Shown piece by piece: positions 34,548 to 34,828 of a DNA stretch of 34,828 bases. A model generated the notes under the pieces. That model ran no database searches, was not told where the DNA came from, and saw only the letters and a program-made list of their open reading frames with translations. The translations under genes and the position numbers were made by a program. Source of the stretch: Amoeboaphelidium protococcarum X5 (lineage: Eukaryota; Fungi; Aphelidiomycota); assembly GCA_023515725.1 (NCBI GenBank), contig JALDTO010000337.1, positions 1 to 34,828 on the forward strand, given 5' to 3'. Numbering within the stretch: the stretch's first letter is position 1; every line of letters begins with the position of its first letter.

Positions 34548-34828
34548 ATGACGGATAATACTTAGAGTGCTATAGATTAAGAGAATCACGTGATTAAGCC
34601 ACAGAAGATTACGCCTGTATTGGATACTTCCAACTGGCCATTGCTATTGAAGAATTATGATCGCTTGAATGTTCGCACTGGCCATTACACTCCTATCCCA
34701 TCAGGACACTCTCCACTCAAGCGCCCATTGCAGGAGTACATCAAGTATGGTGTTATCAATCTTGATAAGCCAGCTAATCCATCCTCTCATGAAGTGGTTG
34801 CTTGGCTGAGAAGAATTTTACGCGTTGA
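34548..34828 (+). CDS. CBF5: H/ACA snoRNP pseudouridine synthase Cbf5/dyskerin (5' part, runs off the window)
   Basis: [78 protein letters not shown]. Confidence 0.96.

Noticed and set aside
1-34828. Mass pseudogenisation or many tiny introns explaining the in-frame stops
   Set aside because: Fragments of each gene stay in one frame, interruptions are only TAA/TAG, and they fall at Gln positions in essential genes.
1-34828. CRISPR arrays, tRNA/rRNA genes, prokaryotic defence operons, LTR pair
   Set aside because: No regularly spaced repeats, RNA-gene signatures or long direct repeats were seen, and the DNA is eukaryotic. A short tRNA or snoRNA could be missed without tRNAscan-SE or Infernal.

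Overview
Compact, nearly intron-free eukaryotic genomic DNA. It only reads sensibly if TAA and TAG encode Gln and TGA is the sole stop (translation table 6 type). The supplied standard-code ORF track therefore chops real genes into in-frame pieces. The gene content is fungal-like (Hap2, Cdc4-like, Bem1, Git1-like), which together with TAR=Gln points to an aphelid such as Amoeboaphelidium protococcarum; this assignment is inference from the literature. Re-reading by hand gives about 16 CDS: a PD-(D/E)xK nuclease-fold protein (partial), a Tvp38/DedA membrane protein, Hap2/NF-YA, an orphan, casein kinase 1, a 1763-aa C2/MUN protein, NADPH-cytochrome P450 reductase, a Cdc4-like F-box/WD40 protein, Bem1/Scd2 (one 60-nt intron), a Crinkler-type REase+kinase fusion with a Lys-to-Met change at the nuclease ExK site, Vps35, MYCBP, Elg1/ATAD5, a secreted orphan, a possible shortened APC5-like protein and Cbf5 (partial). 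The region from about 13.0 to 16.7 kb is a transposon graveyard of frameshifted Ty1/copia Gag, protease and pre-integrase, a second Gag N-terminus and a hAT dimerisation domain. The copia relics themselves use TAG at conserved Gln positions. The best candidates for novelty are the two REase-fold effector-like genes, the secreted orphan, the code-adapted transposon relics and a GTCGCG motif present in every divergent promoter. All translations were done by eye and no database searches were run.
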